Below are positions 1 to 13,360 of a stretch of 64,000 bases of DNA, one piece after another. The notes under the pieces are model-generated. The model had not been told where the DNA came from. It made no database searches and saw nothing but the letters and a program-made list of their open reading frames with translations. The position numbers and the translations under genes are program-made. Position 1 is the stretch's first letter. Every line of letters starts with the position of its first letter. The stretch is taken from the NCBI GenBank assembly GCA_044222475.1, contig JBGANF010000025.1:13773-77772 (forward strand), written 5' to 3'. The stretch comes from Polyangiaceae bacterium. GTDB taxonomy: Bacteria; Myxococcota_A; Polyangia; Polyangiales; Polyangiaceae.

Positions 1-1031
1 GTCAGGAACGGGTCCCCCTTGAAGCGACCCTTGCGAACATGGACGCTCGCCAACCTCCCGATGTCCTCACTCGGCCGAATCGTGAACGAGTTCACGAACC
101 GATACGGCGGCGCGCCGCGCGCCTGCGCCCGCTGACTCAACGCATCGACGAACCCGTCACCGTATGCCCGCTTGCCGTCCGCGATGACGTTGTTCAGGCG
201 CGTCAACAGCTCGAGGTCGACGTCGATGTGATCGAGCAAGAACGCATTGAGGATCTTCCCCATCAAGAACGCCGCGCCGGGAGTGCGTACCAATTTGGTA
301 TCGTCCTCCCGCACCACCTGACCGCGGACCTCTCGCGATCCACCGATCGCGAAGATGTGTGTCGCCCCGAGCCGCAACGCCGGCGCGATCGGCGTGTTCT
401 GACGAAGACCACCGTCCAGGTACAGCTCGTCGTCGATGCGGACCGGCGGGAACAACAGCGGGATCGCCGCGCTCGCGAGCGCGTGCTGCGGCCCCACGTG
501 CGCCTGGCGAAACAGCGTCCTCGGCGGCGCGTGCAGCGGGATCGCCCAATCGGGCGACGTCTGCATGAAGACCACCGTGCGCCCCGTCGACACCTCCGTC
601 GTCGACACGCTGAGCGCTCGCACCTTGCGTCGCCGCAAGTTCCGCGTGACCGCGCGCCAGCTGATCTCTCGCTGGACCAGCTCCGCCATCGGCGTCACGT
701 CGAACAAGCCGTTGCCGTCACCCTTGCCGCCGAACGCCAAGCGCGGAATGCCCACCACCTGACGAAAGCCGAACCCGAGCACGCGCGTCAGCTCCAGCTC
801 GCTCCAGAGCTCGACCAGGCGCCGCATCCCCAGCACGGGGTCCATCATGTGGGCCGCGAGGAAACAGCCGTTGATCGCGCCGACGCTCGTGCCGCAGATG
901 ATGTCGATCGGCGGCGGCGAACCGCGCAGGCGCGTCACCTCGTCGAACAAGTACGACAGCACGCCGACTTCGTAGGCGCCGCGCGCTCCGCCGCCCGAGA
1001 GAATGATCGCTACCCGCCGAGGTTCGGTCAT
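1..1031 (-). CDS. Patatin-like phospholipase (3' end runs off window)
   Basis: Manual translation from ATG at 1031 gives MTEPRRVAIILSGGGARGAYEVGV...IDIICGTSVGAING, with the Gly-rich loop and GxSxG motif. Absent from the ORF track, presumably because no stop lies in the window. Confidence 0.9.
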   Translation of the reverse strand, partial: MTEPRRVAIILSGGGARGAYEVGVLSYLFDEVTRLRGSPPPIDIICGTSVGAINGCFLAAHMMDPVLGMRRLVELWSELELTRVLGFGFRQVVGIPRLAFGGKGDGNGLFDVTPMAELVQREISWRAVTRNLRRRKVRALSVSTTEVSTGRTVVFMQTSPDWAIPLHAPPRTLFRQAHVGPQHALASAAIPLLFPPVRIDDELYLDGGLRQNTPIAPALRLGATHIFAIGGSREVRGQVVREDDTKLVRTPGAAFLMGKILNAFLLDHIDVDLELLTRLNNVIADGKRAYGDGFVDALSQRAQARGAPPYRFVNSFTIRPSEDIGRLASVHVRKGRFKGDPFL

Positions 1032-1033
1032 GG

Positions 1034-5488
<4,455 letters not shown>

Positions 5489-5578
5489 CGTAAAGCAGCG
5501 AGAAACGTGGCGAGAACGTGACGCGTCATTGTCGCACAAATCAGGGGTCGGGGCGCTATACTGGCCGCTTCCCCCTCC

Positions 5579-7309
5579 ATGCCCTCGCCGCCCCGGCCGC
5601 GACCGGACGCCCCTACGTCGACGGGCGTCTTCAGTCGCACGCCGCTCCCCCACCTGCTGGTGTACTCGATCGAGAAGAACCTCGACGGGACGTTCGATTT
5701 TCTGAGCCCAGCAGGTGACCGTGCGGTGCTCCTCGTTCACGGCGGGCTGCCGGCGAAGATCGACGTGCAGGGCGTGCCGCTCTACCTCGGCCAGGTCCTC
5801 GTCGAGCTCGGCTACCTCAGCGCGGCCGATCGCGATGCTTCGCTCTCGGAGCTCGCAGCCGCGCGCGTCCTCCACGGGCAGCTCCTCCTCGGGATGGGGC
5901 TGATCACCGATGCACAGCTCTTGCTCGGCCTGCGCACCCAGATCCTGCGCAAGCTCGGGTTCCTGTTCCAATGGGCGCCGGAGAGCACGTTCTCGTTCTA
6001 CGCCGGCTTCGACGGCCTCGATGGGGTCGGCGGCGAACCGACCCGCGTCGATCCGATGCCCGCGCTCTGGTCGGGCATCCGCGAAGCCACGCTGACCGAC
6101 CAAGCCGTGAAGGTCCTCGACCACGCGAGCAAAGGCCGTCTGCGGCTCACGAAGACGCAACAGCTCGAGCGCTTCGACCTTCGCTCCGAAGAGAAGCGCA
6201 TGATGGATCTCCTCCGCGTGCGTCCGCTCACCGTCGACGAGCTCGTGCGCAACGCCGAGGGCCTCTCCGAGCGCGCGGCGAAGCTCCTCATCTACTGCCT
6301 CTTGATCACGAAGCAGATCGAGACCATCGCAGCCACGACGGACGACGCCCAACCGCCGTCGAGCGACTCCGAGTCGCGCATTCCGGCCGCTGCGCCGTCG
6401 AGCAATCAGCCGGTCGCGCGGGTGAAGGTGAAGCGCGCGATCGCGAACAAGAGCTACCCGGTCATCGAAGAGCACCTCGTGAACGCAGCGATGGATCAGC
6501 GGCGTTCACCGGTCCCCGGTACGCTGAAGGCCCAAGAGGATCCGCGACGCAGAGAGATCATCGAGCGCGCGCAGATCATCGACAAGTTGGACTACTTCGC
6601 GATGCTCGGCATCGGCGAGACCGCCACGCCCGAAGAGGTGAAGGCCGCGTACTTCGGCCTCGCACGCACGTGGCACCCCGACAAGCTCCCGTCGCACCTC
6701 GCCGACGTGAGGGACCAATGTTCCCGCGTGTTCGCGCGGCTGAGTGAGGCGCACGCGACGCTGGTCGATGGCGACAAGCGCACGCGGTACCTCCAGCTGA
6801 TGAAGGAAGGCGGGGCTACGCCCGAGGAGCAGGACGCGGTGGCCAACGTCCTCGAGGCGACGATCGACTTCCAGAAGGCGGAGATCTGCCTGCGACGAGG
6901 TGACAACGCCGGCGCCGAGGCGCTCGCGCGGAAGGCACACCAGGCCGATCCGCAGCAGGCGGAGTACCTGGCGATGCTCGCGTGGCTCGAGGCGCTCAAG
7001 CCGGAGGGGCAGAGCCCCGAGGCGACGCAGGCGAAGATCGCCATGCTGAACCGGGCGTGCTCGATGAACGCAAAATGCGAGCGCGCGTTCTTCTATCGGG
7101 CGATGCTCCACAAGCGAGCGGGCTACGAAGAGAAGGCCATGGCCGACTTCAAGACGGCGACGACGCTCAACGTGCACAACGTGGATGCCCAGCGCGAGCT
7201 GCGGCTCCTCGAGATGCGGCGCAAATCGGGAGCGAGCAAACCCCCCGAGGCCGCCACGACGGACAAGGGCGAGAAGCCGGGCCTGTTCGGTCGTCTCTTC
7301 AAGAAGTGA
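5579..7309 (+). CDS. DUF4388-like / DnaJ (J-domain) / TPR protein
   Basis: DYFAMLG...AYFGLARTWHPD J-domain with HPD; N-terminal LGQVLVELG segment; TPR-like C-terminus. Confidence 0.8.
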   Translation: MPSPPRPRPDAPTSTGVFSRTPLPHLLVYSIEKNLDGTFDFLSPAGDRAVLLVHGGLPAKIDVQGVPLYLGQVLVELGYLSAADRDASLSELAAARVLHGQLLLGMGLITDAQLLLGLRTQILRKLGFLFQWAPESTFSFYAGFDGLDGVGGEPTRVDPMPALWSGIREATLTDQAVKVLDHASKGRLRLTKTQQLERFDLRSEEKRMMDLLRVRPLTVDELVRNAEGLSERAAKLLIYCLLITKQIETIAATTDDAQPPSSDSESRIPAAAPSSNQPVARVKVKRAIANKSYPVIEEHLVNAAMDQRRSPVPGTLKAQEDPRRREIIERAQIIDKLDYFAMLGIGETATPEEVKAAYFGLARTWHPDKLPSHLADVRDQCSRVFARLSEAHATLVDGDKRTRYLQLMKEGGATPEEQDAVANVLEATIDFQKAEICLRRGDNAGAEALARKAHQADPQQAEYLAMLAWLEALKPEGQSPEATQAKIAMLNRACSMNAKCERAFFYRAMLHKRAGYEEKAMADFKTATTLNVHNVDAQRELRLLEMRRKSGASKPPEAATTDKGEKPGLFGRLFKK

Positions 7310-7321
7310 GAAGAGAACCGC

Positions 7322-7420
7322 CAGGGCGCCAGGACGCCAGGGATGCCGGCGGTCGACATCCGAAGAGAGAGGGTGCTGACGCTCTCTTCGAGCTCGTCCA
7401 TCCCTGGCGTTCCTTCCCTG
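7322..7420. terminator. Nested imperfect hairpin between convergent genes
   Basis: Outer arms acgccagggatg/catccctggcgt; inner arms cgaagagag/ctctcttcg. Confidence 0.5.
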
Positions 7421-7440
7421 AGCGCCGCGCGTGAAGCGGG

Positions 7441-8289
7441 TCAGCGCCGAACGGGCTCGTCCACGCTGAAGACGAAGCTCATCCCGGCGCTCGTCACCGC
7501 GTCGGCGATCGCGATCGCGTCGCCGTAGCGCGCGTCCAGGCTGCAGCGGATCTCCACCGACGCCGGCGCTCGGCCGAGCAGCTGCAACAGCATCGCGCTG
7601 GCGCTCGCGTCGGCGCCCGCATCGGGCTCCGGCGGTGGCGGCCCGGCGATGCAAGCCGCGAACGCAGCGGTGTCCGTCCCGGTGACCCACTGGCAATCAC
7701 GTGCACCTCCGTCCTCGCTGCGCTCGAGCCGTGCCCCCTTCGCGTCGACGCGAACCCGTTCGGTGCCGGCGAGGATCGGGATCGGATGAAGCACGCGCAG
7801 CGCACCGGACGGATCCTTCACGAGGAAGAGATCCGCGGAGAACCCGCCCTGCGCGAGCAGCACGTACGCCTCGCTGACGAGGCCGAAGCGAACGTCGCGA
7901 TCGGCGGCGACCTCCAGTGTTCGGCTCTCGACGCCGGCATCCGCGAAGACGCCGACGCCCCAGGTCGCGATGCTCGTGAGCTCCGAGCTCGGAAACACGG
8001 TCGCACCGGGCGACGGCATCGGCGAGACGACGCGCCCGAAGAGGCGGAGGTCGTGCTTGCCGAGCTCGAGCCGTGCGTGCGGCTTGCGGAGCGTCTCGGC
8101 GTGACGCGCGACCGGAAGCTCGATGTCGCCTCCGAGAGGCGCTTCGGTGCGCGTCTGCTCCAGCAGCGTCGTCGCCGCGCGATCGTCGGCGTAGGTCGGA
8201 TCGCGCGTGAGCGCACGGTATGCGCCGAACGCGACACCCCCGAAGACGACGACGGCGCCGCCGATGACGAGGATGCGCCGGCCCGTCAC
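7441..8289 (-). CDS. Membrane-anchored protein with ExbD-like segments
   Basis: N-terminal TM helix; LEVAADRDVRFGLV and IRCSLDARYGDAIAIAD resemble ExbD/TolR periplasmic motifs. Confidence 0.4.
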   Translation of the reverse strand: MTGRRILVIGGAVVVFGGVAFGAYRALTRDPTYADDRAATTLLEQTRTEAPLGGDIELPVARHAETLRKPHARLELGKHDLRLFGRVVSPMPSPGATVFPSSELTSIATWGVGVFADAGVESRTLEVAADRDVRFGLVSEAYVLLAQGGFSADLFLVKDPSGALRVLHPIPILAGTERVRVDAKGARLERSEDGGARDCQWVTGTDTAAFAACIAGPPPPEPDAGADASASAMLLQLLGRAPASVEIRCSLDARYGDAIAIADAVTSAGMSFVFSVDEPVRR

Positions 8290-8293
8290 GACG

Positions 8294-9583
8294 TCATGCC
8301 ACCGGCGGCGGCTTTGCCGAGAGCGAACGAATGGGCTCGAAGTCGGAGCGGAACACCCGATCGAACTCGGCAGCGAACGCCTCCGCCGACATGCCGACGA
8401 CGCGCGCGATGCGCTGGAGCTCCTCCGGGTTCTCCCGGTCGGAGCGACGCAGCCGAAGCATGTACGTGCGCGCGATGCGGTACCGATCGGAGTCGAGGTC
8501 GACCATGCGCACGCGCATGCGGTGCGTCGTCGGATCCATGATGGCGCTGAACGGGATCGGCGTGAACTTCCCGGCCACCATCGCGATCAGCGTGTTGGTC
8601 CCGCCTTCGATGACGTACCGCGCAGCGCAGTACCCGAGGTCGCGCGTGTACTCCATGTCGGTCGGTACGGGGTCGGCGCAGCGCAGCTCGTAGCCGATGT
8701 TCTTCGCGACGAGCGTCGCCGACACTCCGAGCTTGGAGAGGCGCTCCCGAAGCTTTCGCCGGACGATCTCGGCGAAGTCGATCTCGGCGATGCGGATGTG
8801 GTCGTGCTCGTCGCGCTCGACGCCGGCGAGACCGACGAGATCGGCCTCTGGGAGGATCTCGACCAGGCCCTCGGCGAGGACGGCCACGCCGTCGGTGCGA
8901 CCATCGGCGAGGCGCTTGATGACGGAGCCGGCGAGCGTGTCGACGATGGTGTCGAGGCGCGCGTTCTCGCCCTTGAACTCCTCGGGGATGAGCGTGATCG
9001 TCGCGCCCGCGGCCTTGCCGATGCCGAGCGCGAGGTGGCCGGCCTTTCGACCCATCGCGACGACGACGTACCATCGGCCGGTGGTGCGAGCGTCGACCAT
9101 CAAGCTCTGCACGATGCCGGCGCCGAGGCTCCGAGCGGTCGTGTAGCCGAACGTGGGGGTGCCTTCCGGGAGATCCAGGTCGTTGTCGATCGTCTTCGGG
9201 ACGTGCACGACGCGCAGCGTGCCTTTCGACGCCTCGGCGAGGCGGTACGCGCTGTACGCCGTGTCGTCGCCGCCGATCGTGACGAGCATCGAGACGTCGA
9301 GCTTCTTCAAGGTCTCGCGAGTCGTTTCGAGATCACCTTCGTGCTTGGTCGGGTTCGCGCGCGAGATGCCGAGCGTCGACCCGCCGCGGAAATGGATGCG
9401 GCTCGTGTCGGCGATGGTGAGCGGCGTCACGCGGGAGGTGTCGCCCTTCATGATCCACTTGAAGCCGTCGTGGACGCCGAGGACTTGGATCCCGGACAGG
9501 CAGGCGCGAATGGTGGCGGCGCCGATGACGCTGTTGATTCCAGGGGCCGGACCGCCGGCAGCGAGGATGGCGAGCTTACTCAC
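8294..9583 (-). CDS. pfp: Phosphofructokinase, probably PPi-dependent
   Basis: GGPAPGIN, GGDDT (GGDD is typical of PPi type), PKTIDND, MGR and GYELRC motifs. GTG start at 9583. Confidence 0.85.
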   Translation of the reverse strand: MSKLAILAAGGPAPGINSVIGAATIRACLSGIQVLGVHDGFKWIMKGDTSRVTPLTIADTSRIHFRGGSTLGISRANPTKHEGDLETTRETLKKLDVSMLVTIGGDDTAYSAYRLAEASKGTLRVVHVPKTIDNDLDLPEGTPTFGYTTARSLGAGIVQSLMVDARTTGRWYVVVAMGRKAGHLALGIGKAAGATITLIPEEFKGENARLDTIVDTLAGSVIKRLADGRTDGVAVLAEGLVEILPEADLVGLAGVERDEHDHIRIAEIDFAEIVRRKLRERLSKLGVSATLVAKNIGYELRCADPVPTDMEYTRDLGYCAARYVIEGGTNTLIAMVAGKFTPIPFSAIMDPTTHRMRVRMVDLDSDRYRIARTYMLRLRRSDRENPEELQRIARVVGMSAEAFAAEFDRVFRSDFEPIRSLSAKPPPVA

Positions 9584-10116
9584 GCGGGGCGACGAGCATA
9601 GCGAAGGAACAGCACGATGGCGAAGAAGAGGGCGACGATCGCCGCTCCGACCATCGGAAACGAGGAGGAGGGCGCGGCCTTCGGCTTCGGCAATTCGAGG
9701 CGGATCGACCGCTCCTTGGGTCCCAGCACGGCCTGCGCGGTCCTCGGGCCGGCCGCGATCCGCGCCACGTTGCGGTGGCTCGGCCCGAGATCGGAGAGAA
9801 GGAACAGCGTCAGCTCGTACGCAGCGGCGTCCTTGGGGCAACGAAACGCGATCGCCGCTTCGACCGCATCTCCGACCTTCTCCCATCGGTCGACGGTGCC
9901 GGTGCATGGCTCGCCATCGGCGCGCAGCTCGACGCCGGTCGCGAGGAAGTCGGCGGCGCTCGTCTTCCCCACGTCCGCCGCGGTGAACGTGAACCGCGCG
10001 TCGACCTTGCCGCCTTCGGCGATCTCGACCTCCGTCGTCGAGACGCCGCGGTCGTGCGCGAACGCCACGCCGGCCAGCAGCAACACCGAGAGTGCAACGA
10101 TGGGTCGCCGGAGCAC
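9580..10116 (-). CDS. Secreted/membrane protein, AH-start domain resembling the N-terminus of HupE/UreJ-2 proteins
   Basis: Signal peptide ending AFA-H, a Cys pair and a C-terminal TM helix; overlaps the pfp start. Confidence 0.5.
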   Translation of the reverse strand: MLRRPIVALSVLLLAGVAFAHDRGVSTTEVEIAEGGKVDARFTFTAADVGKTSAADFLATGVELRADGEPCTGTVDRWEKVGDAVEAAIAFRCPKDAAAYELTLFLLSDLGPSHRNVARIAAGPRTAQAVLGPKERSIRLELPKPKAAPSSSFPMVGAAIVALFFAIVLFLRYARRPA

Positions 10117-10151
10117 CGACGGCAGAGTACGATGCGACTCCTCCGAAGACG

Positions 10152-10934
10152 ATGTTTCGACGATCGATCGACGATCAAGAGCTGGACGACGCCGTCGCCA
10201 CCTACCGACGCGAAGGCTATGCGCACATCCCAGCCGTCGCCGACGACGCCACGATGGAGGCGCTCGCCGCGCGCTCGAACGAGATCATGCACGGTCGCGT
10301 GAGCTACGACGGGCTCTTCTTCCAGCTCGATAGCGCGAGCGGGAAGTACTACGACCTCAAGTTCGGTGAGGGCTGGGAGGGGCCGTCGGACCACTACCGA
10401 AAGATCGAGAAGCTCGAGCTCGACCCGCTGTTCCGCGCCTGGCTCGAGAACTCGGTGTTCGAGCGCATCGTGCGGCGGGTCATCGCCGGGCCGATCAGCA
10501 TCTACCGCGCGGTGCTCTTCTCGAAGGCCGCGCACGGCGGGTCCGATCTGCCGTTTCATCAGGACGCGGGGAAATTCTGGGGCATCGATCGCGATCCCGA
10601 GCTCCAGATCTGGACCGCGCTCGACGACGCTCCGGTCGAAGCCGGGTGCCTCGAGGTGTTCCCCCGCAGCCACGAGGGCGGCCTCGTGACGCCGATCGGC
10701 GGGGTCGTCCCGGCCGAGCGCGTCGCTCGGTCGGAGGCCGGTACCAAAACGGTACCGGTGCCGGCGAAGCGCGGTGACGTCGTGTTGGTGCACAACTACG
10801 TCTGGCACCGGAGCGGGCGCAACGCCACCGACCACCCGCGGCGCGGGTTCACGGTCTGCTACATGAGCGCGGCGACGAAGTGCCTGCGCACGAAGCGCAC
10901 GCCACGCACGTTCACCCGCGTCTTCACTGCTTAG
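10152..10934 (+). CDS. Phytanoyl-CoA dioxygenase family (Fe/2OG)
   Basis: HQD motif, WTALDD, GCLEV.P.SH and distal WHRS. Confidence 0.85.
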   Translation: MFRRSIDDQELDDAVATYRREGYAHIPAVADDATMEALAARSNEIMHGRVSYDGLFFQLDSASGKYYDLKFGEGWEGPSDHYRKIEKLELDPLFRAWLENSVFERIVRRVIAGPISIYRAVLFSKAAHGGSDLPFHQDAGKFWGIDRDPELQIWTALDDAPVEAGCLEVFPRSHEGGLVTPIGGVVPAERVARSEAGTKTVPVPAKRGDVVLVHNYVWHRSGRNATDHPRRGFTVCYMSAATKCLRTKRTPRTFTRVFTA

Positions 10935-12381
10935 GCTGCGCCAGCGTGTGGGTATCGCCGACGAAGTAGCCCGCTGGCTCACGGAACTTGAGGTCGTAGG
11001 TGGTGACCGAGCCCGGCTCGATCGCGACGGACGTGACCGCCACCGAGTGGACGCGGGTGCCTTCGACCGACACGACGCGCAGCATCTGACCGACGTGGAG
11101 TTGGTCGGCTCGGACCGACTGACCATCGACCCAGAAGGGGTGGTTGCGCGTCGAGTGGATCGAACCGTTGATGACGACGAGCCCGTTCGCCGAGTCCTCG
11201 GGACCGTGGATGGCGATCCCGGAGACCGCGCGCGGGGCCGGCTGGCCCGTCACCGGGTCTGCGGCGAGAACGACGTCGCCCAAGTGAATCGAGGCGATCG
11301 CCCGGCTCGTTCCGTCGGCCATGAGGATCGGCGTGCTCGCGATGAAGCAACCACCGCCGCCGCAGAGGCCGCAGTTGAGCGATCCACCGCAGCCGTCGGG
11401 GTTGATGCCACAGATGAAGTCGAGGCAGGTCTTCGGAGTGCACCCGCACGTGTAGGGCACGCCGCCGCCGCCGCACGTGTTCGGCGAAGTGCACGGCGGG
11501 CCGCAGGAGATGTTGCCGCCGCAGCCGTCGGGGATGGTGCCGCAGTTCGTGCCGGGCTTGCACGCTCCGGTCGGCGTGCAGCCGCACACGTTCGCGGTGC
11601 CGCCACCGCTGCACGTCTGAGGAAGGACGCACGTTCCGCAGTTGAGCGTTCCGCCGCAGCCGTCGGCGACGCTGCCGCAGTTCTTGCCGAGCTGCAGACA
11701 CGTCTTGGGCGTGCAGCCGCACACGTTGGCGACGCCCGCCCCTCCGCATGTCTGCGGGAGCGTGCACGCTCCGCCACAGTCGAGGACCTTGCCGCAGCCG
11801 TCGCTGATCTGGCCGCAGTTCTTCTTCTCACCGAGGCACGTCTTCGGGACACAGGCTGCCTGCCCGCACTTGCCCGCGGTGCAGTTGGGCCCGTTCGGGT
11901 TGTTCGCGCACGTGCCGCAGGCGTACTGGTTGCCGCAGCCGTCGGGCACGCTGCCGCACTCGGCGCCTTGCGCTTTGCAGTCCTTCGGCTTGCACGCGCA
12001 CGAGTTCGTCGTGCCGTCGCACGCATCGGACGGGTTCACGCACGTGCCGCAGTCGAGGACGCCGCCGCACCCGTCGTCGAGCTTGCCGCACTGCGCCTTG
12101 AGGTCGGGGCACGTCTTCGGAACGCACGCGCACTTCCCCGATTTGCACACGCCCGTCTTGCAGGTGCCGCACTCGAGCGCTTCGCCGCACGTGTCGTTCT
12201 GGGTTCCACACTCGAAGCCTTGCGCTTGGCAGGTCTTTGCCTGGCATCCAGCGTCGGTGGTCGAGGCATCGGGGCCGAGCTTCGCAGCGCCGAAGTCGAC
12301 GTCGAGGAGACTCGCGCACGACGCCGTCGCGAGCGCGATCGGAGCAGCGAGAAGAAAAGCAGTGAAGAGATTCTTGCTCAT
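10924..12381 (-). CDS. Cys-rich repeat lipoprotein with C-terminal Hint domain
   Basis: Lipobox-like TASC; repeated CxPKTC...CG..DGCG..L.CG.C units; GGGG|CFIASTPILMADG and TRNHPF Hint motifs. Confidence 0.85.
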   Translation of the reverse strand: MSKNLFTAFLLAAPIALATASCASLLDVDFGAAKLGPDASTTDAGCQAKTCQAQGFECGTQNDTCGEALECGTCKTGVCKSGKCACVPKTCPDLKAQCGKLDDGCGGVLDCGTCVNPSDACDGTTNSCACKPKDCKAQGAECGSVPDGCGNQYACGTCANNPNGPNCTAGKCGQAACVPKTCLGEKKNCGQISDGCGKVLDCGGACTLPQTCGGAGVANVCGCTPKTCLQLGKNCGSVADGCGGTLNCGTCVLPQTCSGGGTANVCGCTPTGACKPGTNCGTIPDGCGGNISCGPPCTSPNTCGGGGVPYTCGCTPKTCLDFICGINPDGCGGSLNCGLCGGGGCFIASTPILMADGTSRAIASIHLGDVVLAADPVTGQPAPRAVSGIAIHGPEDSANGLVVINGSIHSTRNHPFWVDGQSVRADQLHVGQMLRVVSVEGTRVHSVAVTSVAIEPGSVTTYDLKFREPAGYFVGDTHTLAQPKQ

Positions 12382-12388
12382 GAGCCCT

Positions 12389-13360
12389 CTAGAACGACCC
12401 GACGAGCGCAGCGCTCGCCCCTTGGGGACCGAAGCTCGGAACGAACGACACGGTGGCGGCTTCTTTCTTCTTTCCGCCGGCCAGGATCATCACGACGCCA
12501 CCCGCGAGGAGCACGCCGCCGGCGATGAACGCGACCGTCGACAGCGGAGCGAGGACCTCGCCCGCGCGCGCGGCATCGACGCCTTCGGCGTCGCACTCGT
12601 AGGTCGTGGTGTTGCAGTGTTCCTTGACGATGCTCGCCTTCCCCATCGCCATGATGCCGGTGACGGCGCCGAGCCCGACGCCGACGAGCCCGATGCCACC
12701 GACGACGAAACCGGCGGCGCGCACCGGGCTCACGCCGGTCGTCACGGGCCGGTCGACGATCTTCACCGTCGAGACGACCTTCGTGTCGAGCGGCGCGCCG
12801 ACGTCGACGGTGAGCTCGCGCGTCTCCGTCTCGGCGAGGGTCATGTCGTAGACCGCGTCTTTTCGCTCGGCCGCGCTCACGACGACGGCGAGCTTGCCCG
12901 GATCGACCGCGACCGACACGCCGACCTCGGCGCGATCGAACGCGGCGCCGGCGCGCGTGATGCGCGCGGTCGCGGGCACCGTCGGCGCAAGGCGAATGGT
13001 GAGGTGCGCGAACTTCGGCTCGAGGTCGGCGGCCTTCTGCGCGACGAGGTCGCGTCGCTTGTCCCCTTTTGGGAAACCGGCGGCTGCGAGCTTGTAGTGA
13101 CCAGCGGCCGAGACGAGCTTGCCGATGCGCACCTCGCAGTCGCCGAGGTTGACGAGCGTGCCCGGCGCGGGATCGATCGCGAAGCTGTCGGCGAACTTCG
13201 GGCACGCCGCGGTGAAGTCGCCAGCGTCGCGCAGCCGCACGCCTTCGCGGAAGAGACGCTCGGCCTCCTGCGAGCCATCTGCGTAGGCTCCGCGCGCGAC
13301 CGCGCAGAGCGCGGCCGCGGCCACCACGCCGCGCAGGCCCTTCAGAAGCGTGAATCCCAC
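12389..13360 (-). CDS. Secreted TPR/PEGA-like myxobacterial protein
   Basis: Signal peptide; AERLFREG...ACPKF..S..IDPAPGTLVNLGDC pattern; C-terminal Gly-rich hydrophobic segments. Confidence 0.75.
   Translation of the reverse strand: MGFTLLKGLRGVVAAAALCAVARGAYADGSQEAERLFREGVRLRDAGDFTAACPKFADSFAIDPAPGTLVNLGDCEVRIGKLVSAAGHYKLAAAGFPKGDKRRDLVAQKAADLEPKFAHLTIRLAPTVPATARITRAGAAFDRAEVGVSVAVDPGKLAVVVSAAERKDAVYDMTLAETETRELTVDVGAPLDTKVVSTVKIVDRPVTTGVSPVRAAGFVVGGIGLVGVGLGAVTGIMAMGKASIVKEHCNTTTYECDAEGVDAARAGEVLAPLSTVAFIAGGVLLAGGVVMILAGGKKKEAATVSFVPSFGPQGASAALVGSF

Noticed and set aside
5489..6475. N-terminal extension of the 1813-aa kinase ORF
   Set aside because: It is the antisense of the J-domain gene; kinase homology starts after Met at 5488.
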